A stretch of 64,000 nucleotides of DNA. Source: Rhodosorus marinus CCMP1338. Taxonomy: Eukaryota > Plantae > Rhodophyta. The notes beneath the pieces were generated by a model. The model had not been told where the DNA came from. It searched no databases and was given only the letters and a program-made list of their open reading frames with translations. Positions within the stretch are counted from its first letter, which is position 1, and each line of letters begins with the position of its first letter. The stretch spans positions 2,542,001 through 2,606,000 of the forward strand of contig JAMWBK010000002.1 of assembly GCA_029953675.1 (NCBI GenBank). The letters run 5' to 3'. Made by a program: the position numbers and the translations under genes. This document shows, one piece after another, positions 49,113-62,497 of the stretch.

Positions 49113-51134
49113 TCTCCGCTTGCTCTCTTCTTTTGTCACCCTCAATCATAGCCCTTCCTCCCACCTAGAAACCCCACGCCCCCCCCGTCTTCAGTCCACC
49201 TCCACCCAGCCTCAACAGTGTCCCACACCACCTTATATCAAAAAAAGGACAACCAAAAACCTAGTACACCGCCATTTCCATGGTGTTCTCTCTGTGGAGA
49301 TCATCAATTACCATCCCCAAACCTACTTACCCTCCCTACAAACCCTCCCAACCCGTCGCCTTGACCAACATTGTACCTTCCCGTACTTCAAAGTAACCAA
49401 ACTGCATTCCAATGCCATCCAACGAACACGACCATTGCACGGAAGTCAACTAAAATTTTCTAAAACAATATCCACGTGAAATCTCGCCAACTACCCCTGA
49501 ACGATTTCACTGCATTTGGATCAAATTATAGCCCTTAAATTTTAAAGTTTTCCTGTTTCCGGTCTTTTTTTGTCGCTCGTTAACCCCTGAGTGCGCTCTA
49601 ATCGGAGAAAGCGTTTGGAGGGTCCCCCGTCATGGATATCCAGATTTCTTCCAGAAAAAGATAGTTAACGCCGATGGAAGGAAAAACCCTGGATTCACTT
49701 TTTTTTCTTTTTTTTCGGTCCTCTGGGAGGAGGCGAGTCTTGCGCGATGAATCGATGTTGAATGATCGGAAGGTTGCGTAGCACCTGAAGACCAGACCAT
49801 GCTGGTTCGAAAAATCTATTTATAATATTTGCTTTAACGTCCGTGTTAGGTCTGGGCTCAGCCGGAGAACTATGGGTATATCCGAGGAGCGTCTTTGGTT
49901 AAGCTCTGGCTGATTCCAGATACAAACAAAAAATTGTTTCCAGCGCTGAGCACCCTCTAGCAAACTTCTCGCTTTTACCTTGAAGAGCGATGATAGTTTA
50001 GTAGCTACGAACTGAATCCTGCGCCAGAAGCGTGATCAGGAGACTTTGACAACCACGCACGGACATTTGGACTTTCTTAAGGTCTATGCACACCAATTGT
50101 ACGTCGTCAGCAATGCTGTTTCTCGTATGGAAGTCATAGGCTCCAGGTTTCGGAACTCGCTATGGTGTCTGTCGGATTTTGTACTGTTTCCGATGCTGGC
50201 TCCCTGATATGCTGCCAATGCTGTGCTTGCCGGCTCGAATATGATGGCATCTTACAGATTTTTCTGCTAGCCGTCCCCTCAGACCTGTCAACGTCGCCCT
50301 GCTTTATGCTTATCGACAGTTGTTGTTGTTCGTGTTTGCAGTGCATGCGGGGGTACATTCTATGCAGGATATGCCTCCCACATGCAGTGAGGTGGTAGTT
50401 GAGCATATGCTCCGACCACGCTGACCTCGTTCTTGTCCCGTTCGTGATTTAAATCTTCTCTAAACTTTGACACGAAGCAAAAAAAATCCACGGAAAGCTT
50501 TTGGCACGTCTGCAACATAGAAGAAATGGCTGGCCCGGCCGAAGCGTCAGCTCTTAGAACCGCAGTGCAGAACTAGTAAGCTCAATCGGACACGACGACA
50601 TGGGTTCGAAGTAGTTTTCCTTAGACGCTGGTACTCATGCTTATTGAACACGGTCTTAATGAAACTCAACCTCCCCATTTCATGTCACATGGAGTGTTGT
50701 ACACTTGCTGTAACCTCGTTCAATGACTCCAGGATATCCTTGACTCCCATGGAAAACAACGGCTGCTGAGCCTTCACCCACGTCTTCACCTGCTCCGTAG
50801 CTGGTTCCATCGAACAGTCTATGAAACCATCCGTATCCTAATCATGCCAAGCATGGCAAACCTGTCCAGACGCTACTAGGCAGCGCCGTATTCAATCATT
50901 CTACGAGGGTCAAGTTCAATCAATCTTTGTCCACTTCAGGGTGGCCAGTTCACGGCGGGGGCTGAAGCATGAGGTTTTTCTGATGGCATCGATTCCTGAT
51001 TGGGAAGTAGACACTTGTCTTCCGTTGTGCCTGACTTCGGAGGACGAGCTCGTTTGTCCTTTTTTAGTTTTGTCTCGAACATTTAACAGGACGTGGATGG
51101 TGAAAGAGAGGTGAGGGGAATCGAGAGGAATGTC

Positions 51135-52985
51135 ATGATTCGAGCAGGGCTTCTGCGGATCCCCAACGGAGGATTTGTTCAGGGGTTGGGAAAACGATGG
51201 TGCAGTGACGCGGTTGCGGGCGGCATTGCGGGAAAGCAAGGCACTCTGAAGGAGTTGCTAGAGGATGAACTGGCACAGGATGCAGATGAAAGGGCGTATG
51301 AGCCTCCGGATGCTGAGGGCATGTACTTCAAGAGAAAACAGGTTGGCGACAAGTACGCCCGAAAGCTCGACGAAATGGTCAGGCCGTCGGACGTTTTGCA
51401 AAAGCCTTTACGACTCAAAGAGGGAGAGACGCAAATGACCAGAATGACCAACGAAGGATTGAAGCGGTCTGTACAGAAATTTGGAGTGAAGGGAAGGAGG
51501 ATAAGGAGGGCAATGCGGGGCAGACGAATCCAGCATATGAACTTCAACACCAAACTTGAGGAGGTCTCAATTCCGAGCTACAACGACCTAGAGGCGAGTA
51601 TAAATACCGTCGTTGATGGGCCTTTCACATATGCAGCGACTAGTCGTGTACTCTTCGAGCTGATGAACTTGAGGTCCAAATTCAAGCCGGAGACTGTGCT
51701 TGACTTCGGCGCAGGAGCTGGAATGGCCACTTTGGCAACAGCTGCTACGTACTCACGGGGACGATGGGAACGAACACCAGAAGTTACAGAAATAAATAAC
51801 GAGGAGATAGTGAAGCTCATAAACAAGAGACTGTATGGATGGGGAAGAAGTATGAACGAAGCAGTTTCTGCCGAAGAGCCTTTTTGGGACTGGTTTTCAC
51901 AGCCTTTCTAACCAAAGTAGCCCATGTTTCTCTGCCTGTTTGTAGAGCTTTGTGTCAAGGATGTTACCCTGATTGAGCGCTCAAACTACTTGGCTCGTAT
52001 TGGTCGGGGAATTCTAGATACAGCGTTTCTTCGCGTTGATCGGAAGACGTCGAAGCCGTCCCAACCAGTTGGCTTGAAGTGGGTTCGAGGATTTCGGGAT
52101 GTGGGGTCCGACGAGAGTTTTGATCTAGTTCTTGCTTCTAAAGCTTTTCAGGAATTGGGTATGGCATCACCTACACCAAATGTACTGCTTTCCTCCACAT
52201 CTTTCTGAAATGTATTGCTGCGTGCCGTCTCGTGAACATCGGCAGGAGGTGGGATTAAGACTCTGCATGCTGCCGTCAAAGCACTGTGGGCAGTGACAAA
52301 GGGCTACTTGGTGATCGTCGAAACCGGGGACATGGATGGGTTTGCTCGGATTCAGAGGGTCAGGGACTTTTTCACCTGTGACTTTCGGGATCAGTTGGCT
52401 ATTCCAGGTGGCAGGGTGGTCATGCCATGTGTTCACTCTGGGATGTGTCCCATGGAGGGAAAGAAACTCACCTGTTCGTTTCATCAGAGATTCGTCATTC
52501 CTCCGTTCAAGAGATACGCTGAGAGCAGCAGGAGTAGGAGCGGGAGGGCGTTCTATTCGTATGTGGTTATCGAGTCTGATGAAGAAGCAAATCGGTACTC
52601 CCCAGAAGCGTGGAAGCTTCCTTACGCGCGAGTTTTGCATGCACCGCTGAAGAAAAAAAATCACGTGCTGGTTGATGTGTGCTCTCGGAATGGTTTGGAG
52701 CGTATATCGGTCGCTCGCAAGACAGGACGTGGTACATACCGCTTGGCACGCAAGACAATGAAAGGCGACTGGTGGCCACTCAACCCTAGGACACTGGATG
52801 AGGACATGGAGCATGCTGAGTACCAGGTACGGGTGAACACAAGGTTGAGACACGTCAGCAACAAGAGGTACATTTTGCACAGATCGGGTCTGAGGAAGCT
52901 AGAAAAGCTTCGCCGCTCAGCTCAAGCCCCAATGACGGAGTCTTCCGACTCAGCTGCTCAACATGAAACAGAAGAATCAGATTAA
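51135..52985 (+). CDS. RSM22: Mitochondrial small ribosomal subunit assembly factor RSM22/METTL17-like
   Basis: Presequence-like start; FKPETVLDFGAG, GYLVIVETG, MPCVHSGMCPM, CSFHQRF, YSYVVI and HVLVDVC...YRLARKTMKGDWWP. Two introns inferred. Confidence 0.88.
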
Positions 52986-55091
52986 ATAATTAATGTAACC
53001 TTGTAAGTAAATCGGCGTACGAGGGGCGTGTCTCCGAATAAGGCGGATAGAAGAAGCAGGTTACGTTGAAACACTTCACGTAGTCCGAACCCTTGTGCAA
53101 GGGCAACAGAACTCTTATCCAAGCTCCTTTTTAACGCTTAAGCGTGGCCAGAAAGTGCTGTCAGTCAGACCCGACCGCTTAGACCTCAAACGTTGCTTTT
53201 GGAATTCCTATGTATAAGGTGGGCATGGGGCATGTCCCAGTGCCCCAAATGGTGCAGATTTCAAGGGTTTGTTGCCCTATTGGCCCACTTCTGCGAACCA
53301 ATTGCGCGATTCCAATCGGCAAGTCTAGATTCTGAGGCCCCCCAATGCTTGTCCCATTCTGTCCCAAAATGTGTGCCCAAATGCTTACCTCAATGATTGC
53401 TTCGAGGGGTTCATTTCGGAGCTTTTCACCGGTGGGACATTGTGAAGGGTTTTGGGGTGTCTTGCAGGTGTGTGTGTGTGTGTGTTTTGTTGTTTATGGA
53501 AGCACAACGCAACGTTTTTAGTCTTAGAAGAGGTGGTTGGGCTGCTGATGACGCGCGAACCTCATCGGATGTGCACCTTCTCAAAGTGGCTGCGGTTAAC
53601 CCCATACCGTATCGTCCCTTCTCATGTTTTGTTTATCTGAAAAATCCTCTTTAGCAACGAAACCCGCACCTTCATTCATGTGCCTCCCCCGGGGAGATCC
53701 CTTAACACTTCTCGAGCTGATGATGATGAGTTTATACAGAGCCTATCTATCCTGAGGGGCGTAACGGGAGACGCCGATGAAGCGCGACCAACAACAAAGC
53801 AGCGTGCGAACGCGTGAGAGTCAGAAACAGCTCCGTGAGGAGGCTGTCAAGACGGCCAGGGACATTGCGAGAAACACGAGGAAGCCAACGAGAAGCGACA
53901 CTGTCTATTAGATCAAAGCACTCGATGAAGATCAGCGGTACAAACCGATGAGACAGCGCCGAGTCCCGAACCTTGCGATCCTAGCTGATAGCCGGGCCGC
54001 AGAAAAGTGCCCCATTTTCGAAAGAGATCTGTTAGATTTTTATAATTATCGTATGGGGCATTCCCCGTTGCCCTCAGGCCAACCTTTCTATGTGCGAGTC
54101 GGCCACTAACGAGTTAGTAAAAGTACTAAAGAATTCGTACAGAATACTATCAAAGTTAGTACCTGTCGCACTGGAAAGAGAAGACAGGGGAAGGCCGCCA
54201 GAACTAAAAGAGCGAATGACAATCAGTATTGAAATTATTTTTCAGAACAGATTCCGAATTGACTGTTTTGCCTAACCCCCCCCCTAACTACCACGAGAGG
54301 AATCGTTGTTTGAGTGGATTGGCTGTGTTGGAGATCAAAAGCTAATTTTCTACCCCCATTGACTATCAAGGACAGCGAACTTGAAAACACCTTTTATTAT
54401 AAATAATTTTAATCAAGTCCGTAAATTTCCTGGTTTTAGAAGGGGAAGGAGGGGGGGGTGGGGCTTGGGGTTGTTTTCCATCAAGAGGTCTGGCAAGCAA
54501 ACTTTTCCAATGTGCAAGATTCGGCAATTTCAAACACGTTTTTTCTATTGTTTTTCTATTGAAAACAGTCACTGGTACTTCTTCACGTTTCTTATTGGAC
54601 GTATGGTTATGTTTTACATTAGATTTTAGCTCCACACTTACTTTTCCTGTTGGTTTGCACAGGGAAGGGGGGAGGACAACGAACCACGCGAAGACTTCAT
54701 GAATCTTTTAAACTTTTGTTTACTGTCGTAGTTGTATGTCATGGTCAGTTGACAGCTGATCTTTTCCTTTTTTGAGGCTAAGACGCTTTTGAAGTGAGTT
54801 GGGTACTTCGCTGACAGGGTCGGTGTGGTTTGAAGCAGGGTGGGAGAGGCGTGTGTTGTAGTTGTCTTCTCAACTCGTGCGAGGTGTTTTCCAAGTTCGG
54901 GCTTGTAGAGTTGGTGCGGGTGTGAATTGGTTGCTGTTTCCTGGTCAGAGTTTGGGCGGAGTTGTTTTCGTTTCGGGAGCCGTTTTGTAATTTTCGTTCC
55001 TTTTTTTTTTTTCTTACGTTCGTGGTGCTGGTGATTGAAGGGGAGGATTGGTAAGCGATACGGGGTTTGCTCGGTGAGTTCGAAGTGAGGC

Positions 55092-56375
55092 ATGCAACAA
55101 GACGATCTAGCGGGTGGAAGCCGATCGTCTGTGTCTTCCGGGGGTAGCGGACCGCAGTATGTGCCATTGCAGGGGGAGCCACGGCAGACAAGCGCTCCTC
55201 CGTTGCCAAACGGTGCGCTGGTTGGGGACAGCATCGTTCAAGGCCTAGGACAGAGAGAGGTAATTAAAAGGCCGGAGTCAGAACCTGTCGTCCCCGTTGC
55301 TTCAAACGCTGCCCCTCCGCAGCCGACGGAGGCAATGACAGGGATTCCTTTGAGCGCCCCGGCGTTTCCCCCGTCTCCTATGTCAAGTAGAGGTGAGGTG
55401 ATGTTCACATGCTTCATTGGGAGATTCCCGGGTCGCACTCTCTGTTGCGTGGCCGACGATCTGAACATCCTCGGTGTCTAGGTGCCAGCGTGTCGGAAGC
55501 TTCCGACCCCTCCGCTCATGATGGGCCGTTGCTTGTACGGGGAGGGGAGATGCTGAAAAAAGCTTCCAAGAAATACCAGCAGATGCTGGATGCAACCACC
55601 CCACTCGTAATGCAGCGGTGGGTTGGTATAGGAGTCCTATTTTTGATTTTCCTTTTCAGGATTTTGTATATACAAGCCTACTATATTGTATGCTATGTGT
55701 TGTGTATCTTTGTTCTAAACCAGCTGATATATTTCCTGCAGCCTAAGGTAAGGCATTCGACTATATCTTCTCAAGTTGCTTCCTCGCCCAGCTCACAGTC
55801 CGTGAACGCTAAATCTGCTCAAAATTAGGACTACTCTTCGTTGACTGACTCGACTACCAGCGAGGAACCCGCGCTGCCAACGAAGCTTGATGTAAGCACG
55901 TTTGCCAACTCTTGATACTGCACTTCTAGTCAGCGATCATGTTAGATTACGCGTCACACTTGCGTCATTGCGTACTACGTTACCGCGGGGCCTAATGAAG
56001 CTTATCTTCTTTTCGTAATTCAGGAGTTCCGCCCCTTTGTTAGGAGGCTGCCAGAGTTCAAGTTTTGGTACTCTATAACCAAAGCTGTTCTTCTTGCAAT
56101 TCTTGCAACCTTCAACCCTGTTTTCAACGTTCCGGTTTACTGGCCTGTTTTGGTAAATCTACCCAGTTCAGATCACCACCTGGGAACTTCTTTATTTCTT
56201 CATGATTGTGCTAACTGTCGGACTGATTTCTGTTTAGGTCGTGTACTTTTTCCTTTTGTTCCTTGTGACCATGAGGCGTCAATTCATGGACATGAAGAGA
56301 TTTAAGTACGTCCCGTGGGATATAGGGAAGAAGAAGCGGTACAAAAGCAGTGTTTCTGTTACCACCAAAACTTAG
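55092..56375 (+). CDS. RER1: RER1 (ER retrieval receptor) with a long low-complexity N-terminal extension
   Basis: [10 protein letters not shown]...[41 protein letters not shown] and [17 protein letters not shown]. Four introns; stop at 56373-56375. Confidence 0.93.
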
Positions 56376-56669
56376 GGTGGATGGGCCCGAGCTGGCGATC
56401 AAGTATCCACCCAAGCAGTGAAAATGGTACATACCCCTTGCTGATACGGTTGCAGTTTCGCAAGTTGTCGGGTCCTTGTTTGGGAAATTCTATGTAAAGG
56501 AATGAGTCGATCTGGATGGTTGGCGATTGAGTGATAAGACAGGCACTTGGTTTTGCCGGTTTTTTAACGAGCCAGTTTGTTTTAGTTTGCCCCACGGGCT
56601 GTGGCCGAGATACCGTTCGTGATTTCCCGAGGTTTTAATACAACTGATGCTCGTGCTCTTGATGGTCTG

Positions 56670-57110
56670 CTACAAAGATTTAAGTCCATCTACCAGGAAC
56701 AACTCAGAAAAAGAAACAATATGGCCACGCAAGGACCTGGTACGAGCAATGCAAAAGGCTCGCCTGTGTGAATGAGTAGCCCTCATATACCGAGGAAGCC
56801 GTTGAACAGCACAGATTGGATTTGCACCATTTGACGATATGCCCGACATGATTGTAGAGATAGCCGGGGTTAGGCTTGTCTCGGGGTTTTCAAATTTATC
56901 AAATTTAGTCTTCCGAGAACAGACGCAGAGGGACTGTTGTTGATGCGGCACCACCTGCTTCTGGTTCCGGTTCCTCTCAATATAGACCCCAGATAAAACT
57001 CGGCTCAATTCGGCAGGTGCAGACAGGTCGACATCCATTCTACTCATGAAAAACTGGACAGCGCTGAATAGCCTGATCAGGTAGACGGATATTGGATACC
57101 CCCAAAACAC
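56670..57110 (-). CDS. Hypothetical ORF (146 codons; possible start at MSRMDVD)
   Basis: Long ORF with a C/A-rich tract at 57160-57330 that matches minus-strand leaders. No family recognised. Confidence 0.3.
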   Translation of the reverse strand: MFWGYPISVYLIRLFSAVQFFMSRMDVDLSAPAELSRVLSGVYIERNRNQKQVVPHQQQSLCVCSRKTKFDKFENPETSLTPAISTIMSGISSNGANPICAVQRLPRYMRATHSHRRAFCIARTRSLRGHIVSFSELFLVDGLKSL

Positions 57111-58251
57111 GAGTCACGGGAGTTCAACCTAGACTTGGAGGGTGCAGCTCAATCCAACTATGAACGACTCCAAAAACAGAAATTCAAACTCTCTTCCCAC
57201 ATCGCCGATTCGCATCAATAAAACAGTAACTTAACCATTTATTCCACCAGCATGTAAGTCCATAGGGGGGGTCAAAAGAGCATTTCAAATTCTATCGTCA
57301 TCTTAACAACATATAACACCCCCCCTAAGGCGCTCAATTTTCTTCAAAGCCAAATCAAATAAGAGGAAAAAAGGTAAATATTCTTTGTCGCATTTGCGTT
57401 GAAAAGTATATTTGAGGGGTACCAATATATTCAGAATGTATGTTAAAAATAGCCGATTATGATATCATACAGAGGGGTTCGCCAATATTGTTTTTCCCGA
57501 AATTCTACGGTGCATACTACTCAGGCTAATGGCTGAAGCTGGTGGTGAGTCGATTCACCTAACCACTACGTGAGAGAAGGGATCAAGATGCTGACTACCC
57601 GCTTCAAGGGCCAGAGCTGCCCCTTGACACTACGTGTAGGGCGATCAATTCAGCAGCCCCTGAGGTCGAGTCGTTCAACCACAGCATTGCTCAAACCAGG
57701 GTGAAGACCCCTCCCTGAATGGTATATCATCCAGCGGATTTTTGGTGGTGGCCTCTTGATGGGGATATTTCTGATTTCTCGAAAGTCCGAGCGAGATCTT
57801 CAAATGAGGTTTTAAGAGGTTTTGGTGGAAAGTTGGAAGAGAGGGGGAGGAAGGGGTGGTGTGAGGGGGAGGTGGGGTTTTTGCTTAAGTATTTGGGGCG
57901 TCCGTTTTGTTGCTTTTTTTTTGTCTGTGTTTGTTGGTGCGGTAGCACAATGAGAAAGCGTATAAGATAAGCGATGTGAGGAATGAGGAAAAGGGGCGGG
58001 TTGGGAAATGGAGAGGTGGGTTTTTAGAGTTGGTGGAAGGGTAAAGGCTTTTCGTGACACGCCCAAGTGCGTTTGAGGTCAGGGGGCGGTTGAAGGTGGT
58101 TAGCTTGGGAAAAACGGGGAACTGGTGGGGGAGGGGGGATAGTTGCTTTGCTCCTGTTTGGCTTTAGAGTACTTGTTGTTGTTTTTCTTAGCTGAGTTTG
58201 AGCAAGGGTGTTGCTGGTGACGTTGTAATTGAGGCGGTCTGGACTTGTCGG

Positions 58252-59040
58252 ATGGAACCTGAGGGAAGAACGAGAATGGACCAGTTGTTGGTACTTTCAG
58301 ATATGGATGACGCGTTTCGGAATTCGTTGTGGCGGACAGTGACGGAGGAGCTGGGGTTTGAGTTTATTGAAGAGGAAGAGCTCGAGTCATCGGGACAAGG
58401 GGAGTACTCCCCGGGGGATAGTCTAGATATAATTGAAAAGGGTGTATGTGCCTCATCAAAGGATGCGGACGACCAAGATATTCACCAGACTGTAGATAAT
58501 CAAACAAATTCTTTTTGGAGCTCGGTGGGAAGCGATGACGCAGACATTGTTGAGTCACTGGTGAGTGCAGGTTTTACTTCGAGAATGGTGAAAGGGCTAT
58601 CTCGTCTAACAAATTGCTACTTGCTACAGGTGTATAAATTGAATGGCCCCGTGTCCATTGTAGATCGAGTAGCTCTGACGGTTCACCGGGCCTCATACCA
58701 GCCGGGAGCTCCTATCTATCCTCCGGAGTATATCCAGTTTGGTGTCGGTGTACCTGATAACTTGACTGTTTCTCCAAAAATGAGAGTAACGCGGACAGCT
58801 GAGACACAGGTATTCAACTTGAAGGCAGAAGGGTTGTCCATGGCGGGCCCCTACCTGGTTGTTTTCTTCCATGGCGCGTTGCAGAAGCAATACGAAGATA
58901 ATCGGTTCTACTTGGCGATCGAGAAGATCTCAGCGCTTGGCGAGAGATGCAACACGCCCCAAAGGCTGTGGCGGTTTAAGGAGAGTTCAATGGGGAACTC
59001 AAAGGATGGTGTTGACCTCGCGAAGTACCTGTCAAGTTGA
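58252..59040 (+). CDS. At4g00755-like F-box-associated domain protein
   Basis: ASSKD..DQDIHQTV...SFWSSVGS...ESL|VYKL...YQPGAPIYPPEYIQFGVG...ALQKQYEDNRFYLAI follows the plant At4g00755 C-terminal domain (ASSTD..EESIDNTL..YWSSKG..ETLLYKL..FQPGHPIYS..RVQTQEMDGQYYICV, recalled). In-frame intron 58561-58629. Confidence 0.75.
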   Translation: MEPEGRTRMDQLLVLSDMDDAFRNSLWRTVTEELGFEFIEEEELESSGQGEYSPGDSLDIIEKGVCASSKDADDQDIHQTVDNQTNSFWSSVGSDDADIVESLVSAGFTSRMVKGLSRLTNCYLLQVYKLNGPVSIVDRVALTVHRASYQPGAPIYPPEYIQFGVGVPDNLTVSPKMRVTRTAETQVFNLKAEGLSMAGPYLVVFFHGALQKQYEDNRFYLAIEKISALGERCNTPQRLWRFKESSMGNSKDGVDLAKYLSS

Positions 59041-59561
59041 ACGTGTCACACTTTGACTACTTCTCACTGAAAGACCATAGAGCCTATGAACGTTTAGTAA
59101 TGAGGAGGCTGCCTGGCTTCCCTGGCTCACAATGGTGTATGAAATGTTGCTGTACATTTTGTTGTTTTCGATGGGCATTGTAAATACAACTCGAATACAA
59201 TTCGTTTACTTCTTTGTTGCCGTTCACGAGTTGTGATCGCCTTATGCCAGGAGCGGTTTCCTGGACAGATTGTAACTGAGACCTTGCAGATGGCCTTCCA
59301 GCTACCACCTTTCCAGACATTCTTGTTATGCTCACTGCGGACAAAGTCACAATTGAACTCACAAGCTACGCCGCCGTGACTCCTTCAAGCTCGTTGAATA
59401 TCATAGTTTAATAAGTTGTCGTTGCCTAAGTTGAGGTCCTATTCATAACATTACCGATGGGCGGATGGCCCGGTCGTGGCTGAGATAGCCCAAATCACAT
59501 TTTTCATGTTTGCTACCGAAGAAACTGTACACTAACATGTGGTTGCACACATGCATCCCTC

Positions 59562-60561
59562 TTATGAAGCTGGATTGACTCGAAAAAGTCGAGTTACACG
59601 TTTATCAGCGTCGTTCAGAGTTTCCAATACCGCATTCGAGAACGTCGACATTTCTTCCAGCGTTGATATTCTATTTCCCACCCAACGGATCTTTCCCTGT
59701 TCGAAGACAAAACAGTACAAACGCGCACTCAGCAAATGCTGGCTCCCAGCCTCTGCAATCTTGTTGGAAAACCCAGAAACCTACGTTTGTGTCGATTAGC
59801 GCGACAAGTCCCTCTTCGCGCCCATGGAGAATTTTCTGAATAGAGTCGTTGCGTCCCTTGTAAACCAGGTACTCATCAAACCGCTTCTCGTGGACTTGGT
59901 TCTGCATCGCTTTTGTCGTCCACGATGCTGTAGCAAGTTGTACAAGGGTTGTGTTCACGGTCAAATCCAAAATCTACACAAAGAGGAAACAAAAACTCTC
60001 AGCCAAGGAATGCTTCGACAGGAATTCGATCGTGCGACATACCTGAACATGAGGGTGATCAACAAATTGCCTCTTAAACGGCGAACACCAGTCTTTGGAT
60101 GTACTGCTTCCTGACTGTGGATGTGACATTATCAACATTGTTGCCTTGGCATTCCCGAACTTTTCCCGAATCTTGAGACTTTCCCCACTAAGAGTTTCCA
60201 CGACTATATTCGGGAATCCCCTTAGCTCCTGGATTACTCTGGGGCCTGTCAGCTGGCCCTCGGTCCTAGGAAGACAAAAACGGTGATTTTTTTGTCAGCA
60301 CACTCATCCTCATAATTTCCTGGGTCCTACCGCCATAATAAAAGAGCAACATCAAACCCAACCAGCACCGTAACCCCCTACTTACCTCGCCCAATCCTTT
60401 TTTCGCAGATCAGACACCCGAATCCCATTCCTCGCCTCTCTCCCATCGCTCCTGCTGAAATCCACACTCGCAGATAGCCTCGGACCCAGTCGACTACTAG
60501 TCGGAAGCGGAGAAAACTGCAAACTCCGCACCACCCTACTCAGAAGCCCAAGCCTCGACAT
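59562..60561 (-). CDS. ATP10: Mitochondrial ATP synthase assembly factor ATP10
   Basis: Presequence MSRLGLLSRVVRSLQF...; spliced exons FPNIVVETLSG...ATMLIMS...DWCSPFKRQF..HVQ / ILDLTV...GLVALIDTN / GKIRWVGNRISTLEEMSTF...PAS*; stop at 59562-59564. Confidence 0.85.
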
Positions 60562-61559
60562 ATTCAAGTGCCCAAACCAACCCCCCCCACCCAAACACTC
60601 AAACCTTTCACGAACTCGTACCTTGACTTCTCATATAGTTCCTCACACACAGTAACGCCTTCTCAAATCATCCCATTCTACTACCTCAGCCTTTTTTCTT
60701 TCCCTCACAAGCCCCCTTCACAACCTCCGTCCGTCCTCCTTCTCCCCCCCTAACCCCGACCTTCCCCCCCTCCTCCGTCCAAATCCAACTTCCTTTTCTT
60801 GTCCACTTCCACCGCGTCCTCAGTCATCTGATTTCCATTCATTCCCTCCGGCGGCCAATGTTCCCTCCCTCATCTCCTTTTTTTTTTTCCAGTTCAAAAT
60901 TCAAAAAAATAATACAAAATTTATGCACGCCATCAGCGACAGGCAAAAAAAAAGATTTACGAATGTTTTGCACCCGGCAAAAGCCAAAAAAAAGAAAACG
61001 AGAAAAAAAAAGCGTTGCAGATCTTTCCAAAAAAACAAAAACAAAAATCAGGACCAAAACCATGCAAATTGGTACAAATTGGGGATCAAGTAATAAAAGA
61101 TTAACAAATTGATATCTAATTTTAAGAAATTGAGTAAAAATAGATTGTGTTAGCCAATGGGGAGACGCGAATGAATCTCCCACGATTTGAACGGACATTG
61201 TTATTTGCTCTGGCACGGTAGAAATTTGGTAATATCTGGAGCGGAATGGAATGTAAAAATAAACTGGAAAACGGTGCGGGGGTTGGATGTTGGTGGATAA
61301 GGGGTGGGGTAAGATGGATTAAAAAATTGATCGAGACGTTCCTTTTATTTATGAAATATTAGATATTCATGTTTGGTCGTGAGTTGGGAGAAGGGATAGG
61401 TAGGCAGGCATGAGGTTAAGTATTGCAGGCGTTTTTCTTGAAGTGATCGGCTAGTTTTTTTGAGGACGAGATTCTTGGGATCGGGTCATTTTGGGAAGGG
61501 AATGGATCGGATCGGTTACGTGAGGTGGTGTACGAGGATGGGATAAAGAGGAGGACAAG

Positions 61560-61977
61560 ATGGATCCCTTTCAAAAAGCAGCTGTTCGTATGGCTGTAGA
61601 GGAAGCACCCAGTATCGTTGCTGGTACAGTATCTGTCTTGAGCCTGTTGGTAGTCGTAATTCGGGGGGATTAGACCAGCGGCCAGGACCCTGTGTGCGCC
61701 TGATGTAGGAGTCTTCTCCCAGGAATCCACAGTTCCTTCCACCACGTTGGAAGAAAAGGTTTCGCTCCTCAAAGGTGCTTCAATTCTTTGCGTTCAAGGC
61801 CCGAAACTGATCTGCGTACCTCACACAAAAGCGAGGGTACTGCACTTCGACAAATATAACCAGCGAAGGAAACTAGGGGGTTTGCCGTTCCCGCCACGGT
61901 CTCCTTTCAAGTCTTTTGTAGCGGAAAGTAGCAATAGTCGCGAACCCTGGTCCTACGATATCCTACAGACTCTGTAG
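61560..61977 (+). CDS. Putative small spliced hypothetical protein
   Basis: G/T-rich leader, then MDPFQKAAVRMAVEEAPSIVAG, a possible 85-nt intron, and the ORF VFSQEST...DILQTL*. No family recognised. Confidence 0.25.
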
Positions 61978-62497
61978 GACGACCACCGGCCAGGGAATAC
62001 GTAAAGGTGGAGCCCGATCCTACGATCCTAGGCCTTCGACGGGAACTGAAGATAAACCCCATGAACTTCGTTCGGCCCCTGAAAACGGCGCATAACTGAT
62101 AGTCGAGTCTAGCAACGAAGCCTCCAAAATCCATCCCCAATCAGCCGGGAATTTGTACATCTCGAATTTTTGTATTTCACGAATTTTTGAAAGGGTAGGG
62201 TTGCCGATGAGATTTTTTCCTCCCGTGCCCGAGAAGGAAATGGCCCAAGGTTTGTATTAATAATAAAAAAGCATCGGTTTTCGTGGGATGAGGATTTTTC
62301 CTTTTCTGTTGGACTTGGAAGGGAGGAAGAGAGGACTCTTAGGCTGCTTTTGGTGTTGAGGCGAGGGTTGGGGGGCGCGGGGACGTGGGCGATGTAGAGG
62401 GTTGTTTGGTAGGGCGTTTCGGGGATAAAGAACTTAGGAAAGGATTTTCGGTTGTAGATAAGGGGAAGAGTTTTTTTTTGAAACTTGTTTTTATATC

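Noticed and set aside
50134-50880. Short minus-strand open frames upstream of RSM22
   Set aside because: Two frames are equally open, no start exon can be defined and no family is recognised.
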